Source: a virus (Duplodnaviria > Caudoviricetes). From it: a stretch of DNA of 34,736 nt. Below the pieces are notes generated by a model that ran no database searches, was not told the origin of the DNA, and worked only from the letters and a program-made list of their open reading frames with translations. The stretch spans positions 1 through 34,736 of IMG/VR virus record IMGVR_UViG_3300042349_000588; one strand, written 5' to 3'. Each line of letters opens with the position of its first letter. The stretch's first letter is position 1. Positions 1 to 7,499 of this stretch are shown here, piece by piece. The translations under genes and the position numbers were made by a program.

Positions 1-301
1 TACCGCAGAGGGATAGTCTCAGACGCAATCTGAGGCGAGCCGGGTAATGCCGGCGACTGGAAGGGGCTCGCACCCCCTGATTGGATTGGCTGCGTGGTAG
101 CTAAATCCGGGCTCTGTCCAACCTGACAACCCGGTCCAGGACACCACAAGACGCAGGCAATCCGAGTCCCTGGTGGCCAACATGCCATCGGCGCTGCTGT
201 GATTCTGCTGGCTGTACCTGTCCAGGGCTGGTGTCCTGGGACAAAGGGCGGGCGCGCGCAGGGCCAAAAAAACCAAAAAACGACCAAAAAAAGGAATCTT
301 G

Positions 302-327
302 CTTTTTTTCTGCTGGTCGGTGGCGTT
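302..327 (+). promoter_or_regulatory. Repeated bipartite promoter-like motif, copy 1
   Basis: CTTT-N14-GTGGCGTT(AGA); intergenic, upstream of ORF 477. Confidence 0.65.
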
Positions 328-476
328 AGATGATTGCCAGGGGAAAGCTTGGGAAAACGCAGGGCGAAAAACTTTTTGAGATTTCGCGCCCCGTTTTTGA
401 CCAAACTAGGCCCTAGATACTATGGGGACGGATGTACCGGACCTTGAACAACCCTCTAAGCAGGAGACGATGACAG

Positions 477-740
477 ATGAACGCAACATACAAGCGAACT
501 TGGACGACCTTGGCAATCGTCGGCTATACCGGCAGCGTGGCCGAAAGCTACGCTAAAGAAAACAGGTCGGCTCACGGCGGCGTTTGCTTGCTGCAAATTC
601 GCAAGGTAAAGAATGGTCTCGATGGCTTGATGGCTCGGCGCGTCAACAGCAATGGAACCCACCAAGAAATCGGCAAGGCTTTTCTGATTGACGACGTAAC
701 GCTTGCCAAGTGGCATCGAATCGCCAAGGCAGCTCGGTAG
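477..740 (+). CDS. hypothetical phage protein (87 aa)
   Basis: ATG start with AGGAG upstream; no recognised motif. Confidence 0.65.
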   Translation: MNATYKRTWTTLAIVGYTGSVAESYAKENRSAHGGVCLLQIRKVKNGLDGLMARRVNSNGTHQEIGKAFLIDDVTLAKWHRIAKAAR

Positions 741-799
741 CTAACTCGCCGTTTCCGGGATCGGCTCCGGCTTTTTCACTCTACGAAGGAGATTTCACA

Positions 800-1240
800 G
801 TGGCAATCAAAACACAACACAAGACGATCGATGGACTTTACGTCTACGATCTTGCACCGCAGGCCGCTTACCTTCTGGCCGTGGCTGGTCCAGACGGGTA
901 CGACGAGCCGATCAACCTGGACAAGCTCCCTGAGGGGTTTCGCTGGGTATCAGATACCGAATGGGAATCGCTGCTCTTAGAGATTGAAGCTCAAAAGGTC
1001 CGGGTCGACGACGAAGGGTTTACGTTCTGCAATCTGCTTTTCCCCGGTGGGCTGCAAGATGACGTTCTGATCATCGAGGGGATGGTCACTGCTCGCGGAG
1101 AGCAACTGTACGGGGTTTTTGCAAGCGTCTGGCACGCAAGGCAACCTGATGCCGATGATCGTTGCATCGGAACCGTCGGCGGTGAGTTCTTGACCAAAGC
1201 CCAACGAGAGTTCGCGGAAAGAAACTCGGCGCTACTGTAG
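800..1240 (+). CDS. hypothetical protein
   Basis: GTG at 800 after AAGGAG, in frame with ORF 710..1240. Confidence 0.65.
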   Translation: MAIKTQHKTIDGLYVYDLAPQAAYLLAVAGPDGYDEPINLDKLPEGFRWVSDTEWESLLLEIEAQKVRVDDEGFTFCNLLFPGGLQDDVLIIEGMVTARGEQLYGVFASVWHARQPDADDRCIGTVGGEFLTKAQREFAERNSALL

Positions 1241-1278
1241 CGTCGGGTAAGGGGTAATTTCACAACAGACGGTGCATC

Positions 1279-1476
1279 ATGGCATTGAGCATTAATGCAA
1301 AGCGGTACGATGTGTTTTGGGTCGGCGGGTCAACCAAGATCACGGTTGAGGGTCTTGGCGATCGCAAAGTTAAATTGCTGGTCGAGGGCCCGGAAGGTGT
1401 CCTAGTCGAGCGCGAGGCGTTCATTCGCAAGAAGAATCCAACCGATCCGAGATTGCCGGAAAATCGAAAAAAATGA
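1279..1476 (+). CDS. CsrA/RsmA-like small RNA-binding protein
   Basis: 65 aa; LSINAKRYDVFWVGGSTKITVEGLGDRKVKLLVEGPEGVLVERE aligns by eye with the CsrA pattern ([44 protein letters not shown]). Confidence 0.65.
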   Translation: MALSINAKRYDVFWVGGSTKITVEGLGDRKVKLLVEGPEGVLVEREAFIRKKNPTDPRLPENRKK

Positions 1477-1477
1477 C

Positions 1478-1503
1478 GTTTACTTTTTTGGTTCGGTGGC
1501 GTT
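1478..1503 (+). promoter_or_regulatory. Repeated promoter-like motif, copy 2
   Basis: GTTT-N14-GTGGCGTT upstream of the AAA ATPase. Confidence 0.7.
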
Positions 1504-1509
1504 GATAGT

Positions 1510-1525
1510 TTGGAAACGTTTCCAA
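1510..1525. promoter_or_regulatory. 16-bp palindrome TTGGAAACGTTTCCAA, copy 1 (parS/operator-like)
   Basis: perfect palindrome 6 nt downstream of the promoter motif. Confidence 0.75.
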
Positions 1526-1551
1526 AATTCTTCATTCAAACAGGTGAGACT

Positions 1552-3012
1552 ATGCAGGTTTCAAGAGCATTTCGAGCTGGCGTTCCTTTGGTTTCGGTGA
1601 CGACTGGCGACCCAGCAGCGACGATCAAAACGATCCGAGAGCAGTTCGCTGATTTCCAGGATCCGGTCGGAGTGATTGTGTGGGATGTGGTCCGTGGGGC
1701 TCGAACCACCAAGGACGATATCAAGGCGACCGAAGCACTGGCCGGATTGCCCCAACAGGATTACAGCGGGTCGCTGGTCAATTTCTTGGCTGACCTCGGT
1801 GAGCTTGCCAACCGTCAAACGGTGATCGTGTGCAACGCGCATAAATTTCTGGAGGATCCTCGGGCGATCCAAGCGGTGTGGAATCTCCGGGATGATTTCA
1901 AAGCCTCCAAGAAAACCCTGGTTCTGCTCGGAGTTGCGACCCTTCCACCGGAACTGATCCACGATGTGGTTCAATTTGACGACCCTCTGCCGAACCAAGA
2001 GCAACTGCGGGGAATTATTTCCACGGTCTGCGAGTGGGGACAAGCCGACGCAAGCCAAGACACGATCGAGAGCGGTGCGAATGCAGCTATCGGCGTCACG
2101 GCGTTTTGTGCCGAGAATTTGGCAAGCCTTGCGATGAGCAAGACCGAAGGCTTGGAAGTGGATCAACTGTGGGAATCGAAGCGAAAGAAAATCGATCAGA
2201 CACCAGGGCTGCGGGTTGTCACTCAGTCGGGCGGCTTCGATAAAATCGGCGGCTGTGATGCGTACAAAACCTTCATGCGTCGGGTTCTGAACGGCAAAGC
2301 CAAGCCCAAGGCAATCGTATTCATCGACGAGATTGAAAAGTGCCTCGGGGCATCCGGCTCGGATACCAGCGGGGTATCCCAAGACCAACTCGGTCAACTG
2401 TTGTCCTGGATGCAGGACAAGCGAGCGACGGGTACGATCTTGGTCGGTCCTCCGGGGGCTGCAAAGTCGGCCGTAGCGAAGGCGGCTGGTTCCGAGGGTG
2501 GAATCCCAACGATCCAGCTCGACCTCGGCGGGACGAAAGGTTCACTGGTCGGACAGTCCGAGGCACAAATCCGCGAAGCGTTGAAGGTGATCGATGCGAT
2601 CAGCGGGGGTGAGACCCTTTGGATTGCAACGTGCAACAGCCTGACGGACCTACCACCGGAACTCAAGCGCCGGTTCAAGCTGGGTACTTGGTTCTTCGAC
2701 CTGCCGGATCGGATCGAACGCGCGGCGATCTGGTCCCTGTACGCTGCGAAGTTCGGCCACACGGATCAGGCTCAGATTCACCGGCTGCTCGACTGCGAAT
2801 GGACCGGGGCTGAGATCGAGTCCTGCTGCGAGATTGCCGACTCGCTGGGGATCACGCTGGACCAAGCAGCGGCTTACATTGTTCCGGTTGCCAAACAAGC
2901 ACCAGAAGCAATTGCCAAGCTACGAGCTGGGGCCGAGGGCCGGTTCCTGTCGGCCAGTGTTCCCGGTCCCTACACTCGGCAAAAAGAAATCGCGAAAAGA
3001 ACGATCGAGTAG
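1552..3012 (+). CDS. Ycf46-like AAA+ ATPase with rearranged Walker motif order
   Basis: degenerate N-terminal AAA-like half (RAGVPL, LPPEL, PLP); IVFIDEIEK, GPPGAAKS, GSLVGQSE, ATCN, LPPELKRRF, FFDLP, WTGAEIE. Confidence 0.9.
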   Translation: MQVSRAFRAGVPLVSVTTGDPAATIKTIREQFADFQDPVGVIVWDVVRGARTTKDDIKATEALAGLPQQDYSGSLVNFLADLGELANRQTVIVCNAHKFLEDPRAIQAVWNLRDDFKASKKTLVLLGVATLPPELIHDVVQFDDPLPNQEQLRGIISTVCEWGQADASQDTIESGANAAIGVTAFCAENLASLAMSKTEGLEVDQLWESKRKKIDQTPGLRVVTQSGGFDKIGGCDAYKTFMRRVLNGKAKPKAIVFIDEIEKCLGASGSDTSGVSQDQLGQLLSWMQDKRATGTILVGPPGAAKSAVAKAAGSEGGIPTIQLDLGGTKGSLVGQSEAQIREALKVIDAISGGETLWIATCNSLTDLPPELKRRFKLGTWFFDLPDRIERAAIWSLYAAKFGHTDQAQIHRLLDCEWTGAEIESCCEIADSLGITLDQAAAYIVPVAKQAPEAIAKLRAGAEGRFLSASVPGPYTRQKEIAKRTIE

Positions 3013-3037
3013 TTTTTTCCGCTCGGTTGGTGGCGTT
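3012..3037 (+). promoter_or_regulatory. Repeated promoter-like motif, copy 3
   Basis: GTTT-N14-GTGGCGTT upstream of the ATG at 3078. Confidence 0.7.
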
Positions 3038-3077
3038 GATATATTGTGATCGTTCTTTTTTTCTACGGAGTTTCAAA

Positions 3078-3980
3078 ATGAGTCTAGGTACACAACTGGC
3101 CGAACAGATGAGCGGCTGCAAGCTGGAAGTCACGAGCTTTTCGTCTGGCAAGAAATTCACTGACGGGCAACGGGCTCGGATGGCTGAGTTCTTTGAGTCC
3201 GAGGTCAAGTCGGTTTCGGGGACACGGCAGATTCTCAACAAAAAGATACCGCAGGTCAAAGCGGTCTACGCCATCATTCGCAGCGCTCGAGCTTTGTGGC
3301 AGGGGTACACGGTCAAGTACGAAGAGGGAACCCGGCTCATCAAGGCAGACAAGATCGTCTGGATGAACGAGCAGATTGCCAGATACCAAGCTCACCTGCA
3401 AACAGCAAAGGATGAACTGTGGGCAAACTGGGAAACGGTTAAGGCTGATGCCAAGACTCGACTGGCCGATCTGTATGTCGAGTCGGACTACAACTTCGAT
3501 GTTCGGCAAACGATCTGGATTAACATCTCGTACCCATCGGTCCAGCCAGACGGCAAACTCGAAAAGCTCGGCAAGGAACTGTGGGAGAAAGAAATGGCGA
3601 AGTTCGCCATCAAGTTCGACGAGGCGGCTCATGCTGCTGAGGCTGCATTGCGCCAAGAGTTCGCTGCGATGATTGCAGGCGTGGCCGAACGCTTGGAGGG
3701 GGGCGAATCCGAGGACGGCAAGAAGCGCGTTTTGCAACAGCGAGCAGTAGATAACATCGTTGAGTTCGCGGATCGTTTCCGGGCTCTTTCGATCGGAGAC
3801 AATGCCGAGCTGGATGCACTGGTGGCACAAGCCGAGCAGCTTGCGGTGGGTTTGGATACCAAGGCGATGAAGGCTGACTCAGGCCAGCAAACGGCAATGC
3901 GAGAAGCGTTCGCACGGCTCAAGACCTCGATTGATGCCCACGTGGTCACGGCTGCTGAGCGAGTAATCGAATTCGAATAA
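3078..3980 (+). CDS. helical protein of the Ycf46/DUF1257 neighbourhood (possibly DUF3150-like)
   Basis: GGAG RBS; 300 aa, helix-rich; RLADLYVESDY-type motif; family assigned mainly from context. Confidence 0.6.
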   Translation: MSLGTQLAEQMSGCKLEVTSFSSGKKFTDGQRARMAEFFESEVKSVSGTRQILNKKIPQVKAVYAIIRSARALWQGYTVKYEEGTRLIKADKIVWMNEQIARYQAHLQTAKDELWANWETVKADAKTRLADLYVESDYNFDVRQTIWINISYPSVQPDGKLEKLGKELWEKEMAKFAIKFDEAAHAAEAALRQEFAAMIAGVAERLEGGESEDGKKRVLQQRAVDNIVEFADRFRALSIGDNAELDALVAQAEQLAVGLDTKAMKADSGQQTAMREAFARLKTSIDAHVVTAAERVIEFE

Positions 3981-3986
3981 ACGGCG

Positions 3987-4012
3987 CTTTACTTTTTTAG
4001 GTTGGTGGCGTT
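3987..4012 (+). promoter_or_regulatory. Repeated promoter-like motif, copy 4
   Basis: CTTT-N14-GTGGCGTT(AGA). Confidence 0.7.
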
Positions 4013-4018
4013 AGAAGT

Positions 4019-4034
4019 TTGGAAACGTTTCCAA
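4019..4034. promoter_or_regulatory. 16-bp palindrome, copy 2
   Basis: perfect TTGGAAACGTTTCCAA, again 6 nt downstream of the promoter motif. Confidence 0.75.
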
Positions 4035-4061
4035 GATTTGAACCAAGTTTCGAGGGAAATC

Positions 4062-4487
4062 ATGAGTCACATAGCTACGGTCGAAGTCGAGTTTCGGGAC
4101 ATGGACGCGCTTGCAAAAGCCTGTGTGAAGTGCGGGGTCGAGCTACGGCAGGACCAGAAGACGTTCCGGTGGTACAACGATCAAGTCAGTCCATGCGACG
4201 CTGCAATCGTCCACCCAAGTAAGTTCGCTTTCGAGATCGGGGTACACAAAACCGAGACAGGATTGCGAATCGAGTTCGATCCTCACAATCGAGGAAAGAA
4301 ATACGGGCCAAACACCGGACCAGGGATGCAAGATGCGGTGGCGTTTGAAGACAATTTTCGTGGGCTCGGCAAGCTCCAGCAAGCCTATGCGGTCGAGGTT
4401 GCTCGCAAGCATGCCAAGCGTCAGGGGTTCTCAGTCCGTGAGCAAGTGCAAGCGGACGGTCGGGTCAAACTTACTCTTTCGAGGTAA
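4062..4487 (+). CDS. DUF1257 (Ycf35-like) protein
   Basis: MSHIATVEVEFRD..AL..A start; LQQAYAVEVARKHAKRQGFSVRE...DGRVKLTL end. Confidence 0.85.
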   Translation: MSHIATVEVEFRDMDALAKACVKCGVELRQDQKTFRWYNDQVSPCDAAIVHPSKFAFEIGVHKTETGLRIEFDPHNRGKKYGPNTGPGMQDAVAFEDNFRGLGKLQQAYAVEVARKHAKRQGFSVREQVQADGRVKLTLSR

Positions 4488-4489
4488 TC

Positions 4490-4672
4490 ATGGAATCTGT
4501 TGAAATCATCATCGACAAGACTGGCAAGGCGACCGTGGAGGTCAACGGTTGCACCGGCAAAGGATGCGAGGCTGTGACCGAGGCAATCGAAAAGGCGCTC
4601 GGTACGGTCTCGGCAAACGATCGCAAGCCGGAATACTTCCAGCAGGCTCAGGGCCAGCAGGCGAAGCGATGA
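4490..4672 (+). CDS. DUF2997 family protein
   Basis: IIIDKTG..VEVNGCTGKGCEAVTEAIEKALG...KPEYFQ; follows DUF1257. Confidence 0.85.
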   Translation: MESVEIIIDKTGKATVEVNGCTGKGCEAVTEAIEKALGTVSANDRKPEYFQQAQGQQAKR

Positions 4673-4989
4673 CCTTGACTGAGCTACCTGACAAGCGACT
4701 GCGGTTCTATTTGATCCGGTTCACGCGATTGTCGACCGGATCCTCTATTGCGTTTGTGGTTGCAACGATGGTCAAAAAGCCGCAGTTTAGCTTGCGAGCC
4801 ATCTTCCAGTGCAAGTTCCCTGGTTGGATCTTCCAGGTCAGAGAAATCAGCCTCGACGATTTCACTGCTCGGATCGAAGCATCGCACGAAGCGAGCAAGA
4901 TCGATGTTGACGTTCGGCATCCTGTCGCGTTGTTCGCTGAAGTAAGGAAAGTCACTGGTAACTTTTTTGACCCATGGCGCTTTACTTGA
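4669..4989 (+). CDS. hypothetical protein
   Basis: ATGA overlap with the upstream gene; fills the operon gap. Confidence 0.55.
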   Translation: MTLTELPDKRLRFYLIRFTRLSTGSSIAFVVATMVKKPQFSLRAIFQCKFPGWIFQVREISLDDFTARIEASHEASKIDVDVRHPVALFAEVRKVTGNFFDPWRFT

Positions 4990-5005
4990 TCGGTTCGGTA
5001 GCGTT
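4980..5005 (+). promoter_or_regulatory. Repeated promoter-like motif, copy 5 (GTAGCGTT variant)
   Basis: CTTT-N14-GTAGCGTT(AGA), followed by GGAGG and ATG 5026. Confidence 0.65.
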
Positions 5006-5025
5006 AGAAGGGTGGAGGATTGCAA

Positions 5026-5265
5026 ATGGAAATCACACTTTTGGTTGGTGCTTCGGTCGAAGCAATTTACGCCGATGATGCGGTCGAACTGCTCAAGGAT
5101 CTTGGAAACGTTTCCATCCGTCGAGCATCGCACGTTGAGCCAGAAGGTGACGGCTGGTCGGCTGATATGTCGCCGGTCGGCGGTCCGGTCCTCAGTGGGT
5201 TCTCAAAGCGTCAAGATGCGATCGACGCTGAAATCAAGTGGCTGAAATCAAATAGGGATTTGTAA
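5026..5265 (+). CDS. small conserved-looking protein of the DUF1257/DUF2997 neighbourhood
   Basis: RRASHVEP..GWSADMSPVGGPVL.GF..RQDAIDAE..WL; strong RBS. Confidence 0.75.
   Translation: MEITLLVGASVEAIYADDAVELLKDLGNVSIRRASHVEPEGDGWSADMSPVGGPVLSGFSKRQDAIDAEIKWLKSNRDL
5102..5117. promoter_or_regulatory. 16-bp palindrome, copy 3 (15/16 match, intragenic)
   Basis: TTGGAAACGTTTCCAT inside CDS 5026..5265. Confidence 0.6.
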
Positions 5266-5267
5266 CG

Positions 5268-6071
5268 ATGGGATTTTCTAACGGTCAAGTTGTGATGGGC
5301 GAATCTGCCGAGGCGTATCATCGCCGGGGTGAGATTTCAGCCTCGATGGTCAAGACGTTTCTGTGTTCGCCGGAAGAGTTCGAGTGGACGCACATTAAGA
5401 AGCGACCAACGAAAACCAGCGAAGCGATGGACTTCGGAACCGTGGTTCACGAGGATCACTTGCTGGCAATTTGGGAACAGTCTTGGATCCAGATTCCAAG
5501 GGAGGCCCTGTCGTCGAATGGAGCTCGAAGGGGCTCTGCCTGGGATGCGTTTAAGCGAGAGCATCCCGGTAAGATCCTTCTCAAAGAGGAACAGACCGAC
5601 AAGCTGAAATGGATTCGGGAAGCGATCGAGAACAACCCACTGGCAAGGGAAATCCTCGATAAAGAATCCGTCAACGAAATCACGATCACGGCTGACGCAC
5701 CGCTAAGCGATGGCACAGTCCAACCGATGCGAGGTCGGATTGACAAGCTCCACGAAGCGATTGTGGATTTCAAAACCCTGTCGGACCTGGACGATCGAAC
5801 CGTGCAGTACAGGCCAAGGGACCACAAGTGGGATATTCAGGGCGTCAACTACCAACTGCTGGTGCAGTCGATTCGCGGCGGCTCGCTCCCGGATGTATAC
5901 TTCATCGGAGTTGAGACAACGGTACCGTTCCGTTGCGAGGTTTTTCATCCGAGCCACCAGACGTTGGCGGCTGCTGCGCTGCAGCTCCAGGATGCGATCG
6001 AAGAGATCGTTGAACGGACCAAGAGCGGCAACTGGCATCGTCACGGTTGGCCGGAACCATTTAGGTTTTAG
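5268..6071 (+). CDS. PD-(D/E)XK exonuclease, RecE/exonuclease VIII (DUF3799-like)
   Basis: YH..ISASMVK, AMDFGTVVH, RGRIDK, IVDFKT, WDIQGVNY, FIGVETTVPF. Confidence 0.85.
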   Translation: MGFSNGQVVMGESAEAYHRRGEISASMVKTFLCSPEEFEWTHIKKRPTKTSEAMDFGTVVHEDHLLAIWEQSWIQIPREALSSNGARRGSAWDAFKREHPGKILLKEEQTDKLKWIREAIENNPLAREILDKESVNEITITADAPLSDGTVQPMRGRIDKLHEAIVDFKTLSDLDDRTVQYRPRDHKWDIQGVNYQLLVQSIRGGSLPDVYFIGVETTVPFRCEVFHPSHQTLAAAALQLQDAIEEIVERTKSGNWHRHGWPEPFRF

Positions 6072-6083
6072 GGAGATTTGGTT

Positions 6084-6416
6084 ATGGACAAGAAGATCAG
6101 CGGGAGCTTCGAGCGCAAGCTTCGCAAAGAGATTTCAGCGTCGGTTAGTGACATTGCAAGCACGACGAAGACGCGCCCGATGGCAGCGGGATCGAAATTT
6201 ATTGACATTGTTTTTCGAGTTGCCAGGGAGTTCACTGCCGAGCAATTGAAGGGCATGGACAAGGCAACGCTGCTGCAGATCGTTGGCAAGGCGTATGACG
6301 ACTACATTTCGAAAATCGACCTTCCTGGAGAGTTCGATGCGATCTTCCACACGCTTCTCAAGCAGACGGCGATTACCACAGTCGGGATTGCTTTCGATCG
6401 ATTTTTGGCAAAATAG
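6084..6416 (+). CDS. hypothetical protein
   Basis: GGAG RBS, clean ORF. Confidence 0.65.
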   Translation: MDKKISGSFERKLRKEISASVSDIASTTKTRPMAAGSKFIDIVFRVAREFTAEQLKGMDKATLLQIVGKAYDDYISKIDLPGEFDAIFHTLLKQTAITTVGIAFDRFLAK

Positions 6417-6442
6417 TTTTCCTCCGAGCGATCGGTGGCGTT
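6417..6442 (+). promoter_or_regulatory. Repeated promoter-like motif, copy 6
   Basis: (G)TTTT-N14-GTGGCGTT(AG). Confidence 0.65.
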
Positions 6443-6491
6443 AGTTGTTTGTGACTGGTTTGTGTTTAGTTCCTTCATCTAGGAGAACAGT

Positions 6492-6923
6492 ATGAAGCGA
6501 TTTTTTTTAGCGTGCTGGATGCTCGCGGCGACGGTCCCGGTTTTGGCTCAGGAGTGTACCACTGGGCAGTGTTTTCGCAGTCCATCAGACAGGCCGGTAG
6601 TGGCTGTTGCTCAGGCTGCGGTCGAGATTCCGGTGCGAGTAATCGAGCACGTGGTTTGCGAGGTTCAGCCTGTGCGGTCGGTGGTTGCTTGCAATGGACT
6701 GGCCCAATGGAAGGCAGAACGGCAGGCCGCAAGCAATCGTTTGTATCACGTTGGCGGCGGGTTTGCTGGTGGCTGTGCTGAGGGCGTCGGGTTCTCGACT
6801 GCATCCCCGGAAGCGGCGATTAAAAAGTGCTGTTATTTGGGCCGAAAGCCTGTCCAGGAAATCGGCGTAGCGCGTGGCCGAAACGGATGGTACGCGACGG
6901 TGATTTACCGATCGAACTATTGA
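6492..6923 (+). CDS. secreted protein with signal peptide, possible truncated CAP/SCP-like domain
   Basis: AGGAG RBS; MKRFFLACWMLAATVPVLA|Q signal peptide; AQWKAERQA...H...EGVG...EIGVARGRNGWYAT. Confidence 0.65.
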   Translation: MKRFFLACWMLAATVPVLAQECTTGQCFRSPSDRPVVAVAQAAVEIPVRVIEHVVCEVQPVRSVVACNGLAQWKAERQAASNRLYHVGGGFAGGCAEGVGFSTASPEAAIKKCCYLGRKPVQEIGVARGRNGWYATVIYRSNY

Positions 6924-6930
6924 CCCATGC

Positions 6931-7006
6931 TCGGCAGTCGGGGGGAGAGGACCGGCTGTCGGAGGTGAACGGTGCAAAGAGCGCACGCCGGACAAACGTA
7001 ACCGGC
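6931..7006 (+). ncRNA. candidate structured RNA (three hairpins)
   Basis: stems 6931-41/6952-62, GTGC/GCAC 6972-86 and GCCGG/CCGGC 6987-7006 in an intergenic region. Confidence 0.35.
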
Positions 7007-7012
7007 AAATAA

Positions 7013-7084
7013 TCCCTGTAAGTTTTGATGGCGAAACACCAAGCTTCGGTTTGGAGACGGAAGGTTCGAAGCCTTCACAGGGAA
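7013..7084 (+). tRNA. tRNA-like RNA 1 with non-canonical anticodon arm (c-UUCG-g cap)
   Basis: acceptor TCCCTGT/ACAGGGA; D stem GTTT/AAAC; T arm GAAGG-TTCGAAG-CCTTC; third arm CCAAGC-TTCG-GTTTGG; no 7-nt anticodon loop; no encoded CCA. Confidence 0.75.
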
Positions 7085-7086
7085 CT

Positions 7087-7219
7087 GGATCGGCGGCGTG
7101 GTGGGAACACGCTGATACGCTCAATCGGTTCAAACGAAGTAGGCACAACGACAATAGGGCTCGTACCCTGCCGAAAGAAGCAAAAAACCGAATAGCAGGT
7201 TCGATTCCTGCCCGGTCCT
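7087..7219 (+). tRNA. tRNA-like RNA 2 with an 82-nt segment in place of the anticodon/variable arms
   Basis: acceptor GGATCGG/CCGGTCC; D stem GCGT/ACGC; T arm GCAGG-TTCGATT-CCTGC; insert 7113-7194. Confidence 0.7.
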
Positions 7220-7276
7220 TTTGCCGAACCACTTCGGGGCGGCGTTTTTTGGTCCTATTTTCTTGAGTACTAAATC

Positions 7277-7486
7277 ATGGCAATTATCGATGACCGACCT
7301 CAAACCGGAATGGAAATAGAACTTCTGCTTTCAGGCGACTTTTTCTTGTGCCGTGGAAATTTGTACCTCAAGGCTAGCGACGACTTGGTTATCGACCTTC
7401 AGACTGGCACGAAAATAAATTTTGACCGACGTTGCTTGGTGCAACCCGTCTCGGTCGACATTTTCATCCGCAGCAACAAAGGCTGA
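7277..7486 (+). CDS. hypothetical protein (69 aa)
   Basis: ORF between the RNA cluster and DUF5131. Confidence 0.6.
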   Translation: MAIIDDRPQTGMEIELLLSGDFFLCRGNLYLKASDDLVIDLQTGTKINFDRRCLVQPVSVDIFIRSNKG

Positions 7487-7499
7487 CCAAGTCTTAACC

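Noticed and set aside
19-276. Minus-strand 85-aa ORF
   Set aside because: Non-ATG start, no RBS or motif; cannot be supported as a gene
397-423. Sigma70 promoter TTGACC...TACTAT
   Set aside because: Spacer is only 15 nt; too weak to call
748-777. Intrinsic terminator after ORF 477
   Set aside because: Stem is short and ambiguous and the T-run is only 5 nt
7087-7219. tmRNA or group I intron-containing tRNA
   Set aside because: Insert is only 82 nt, a D stem is present, and no tag ORF or intron core is recognisable
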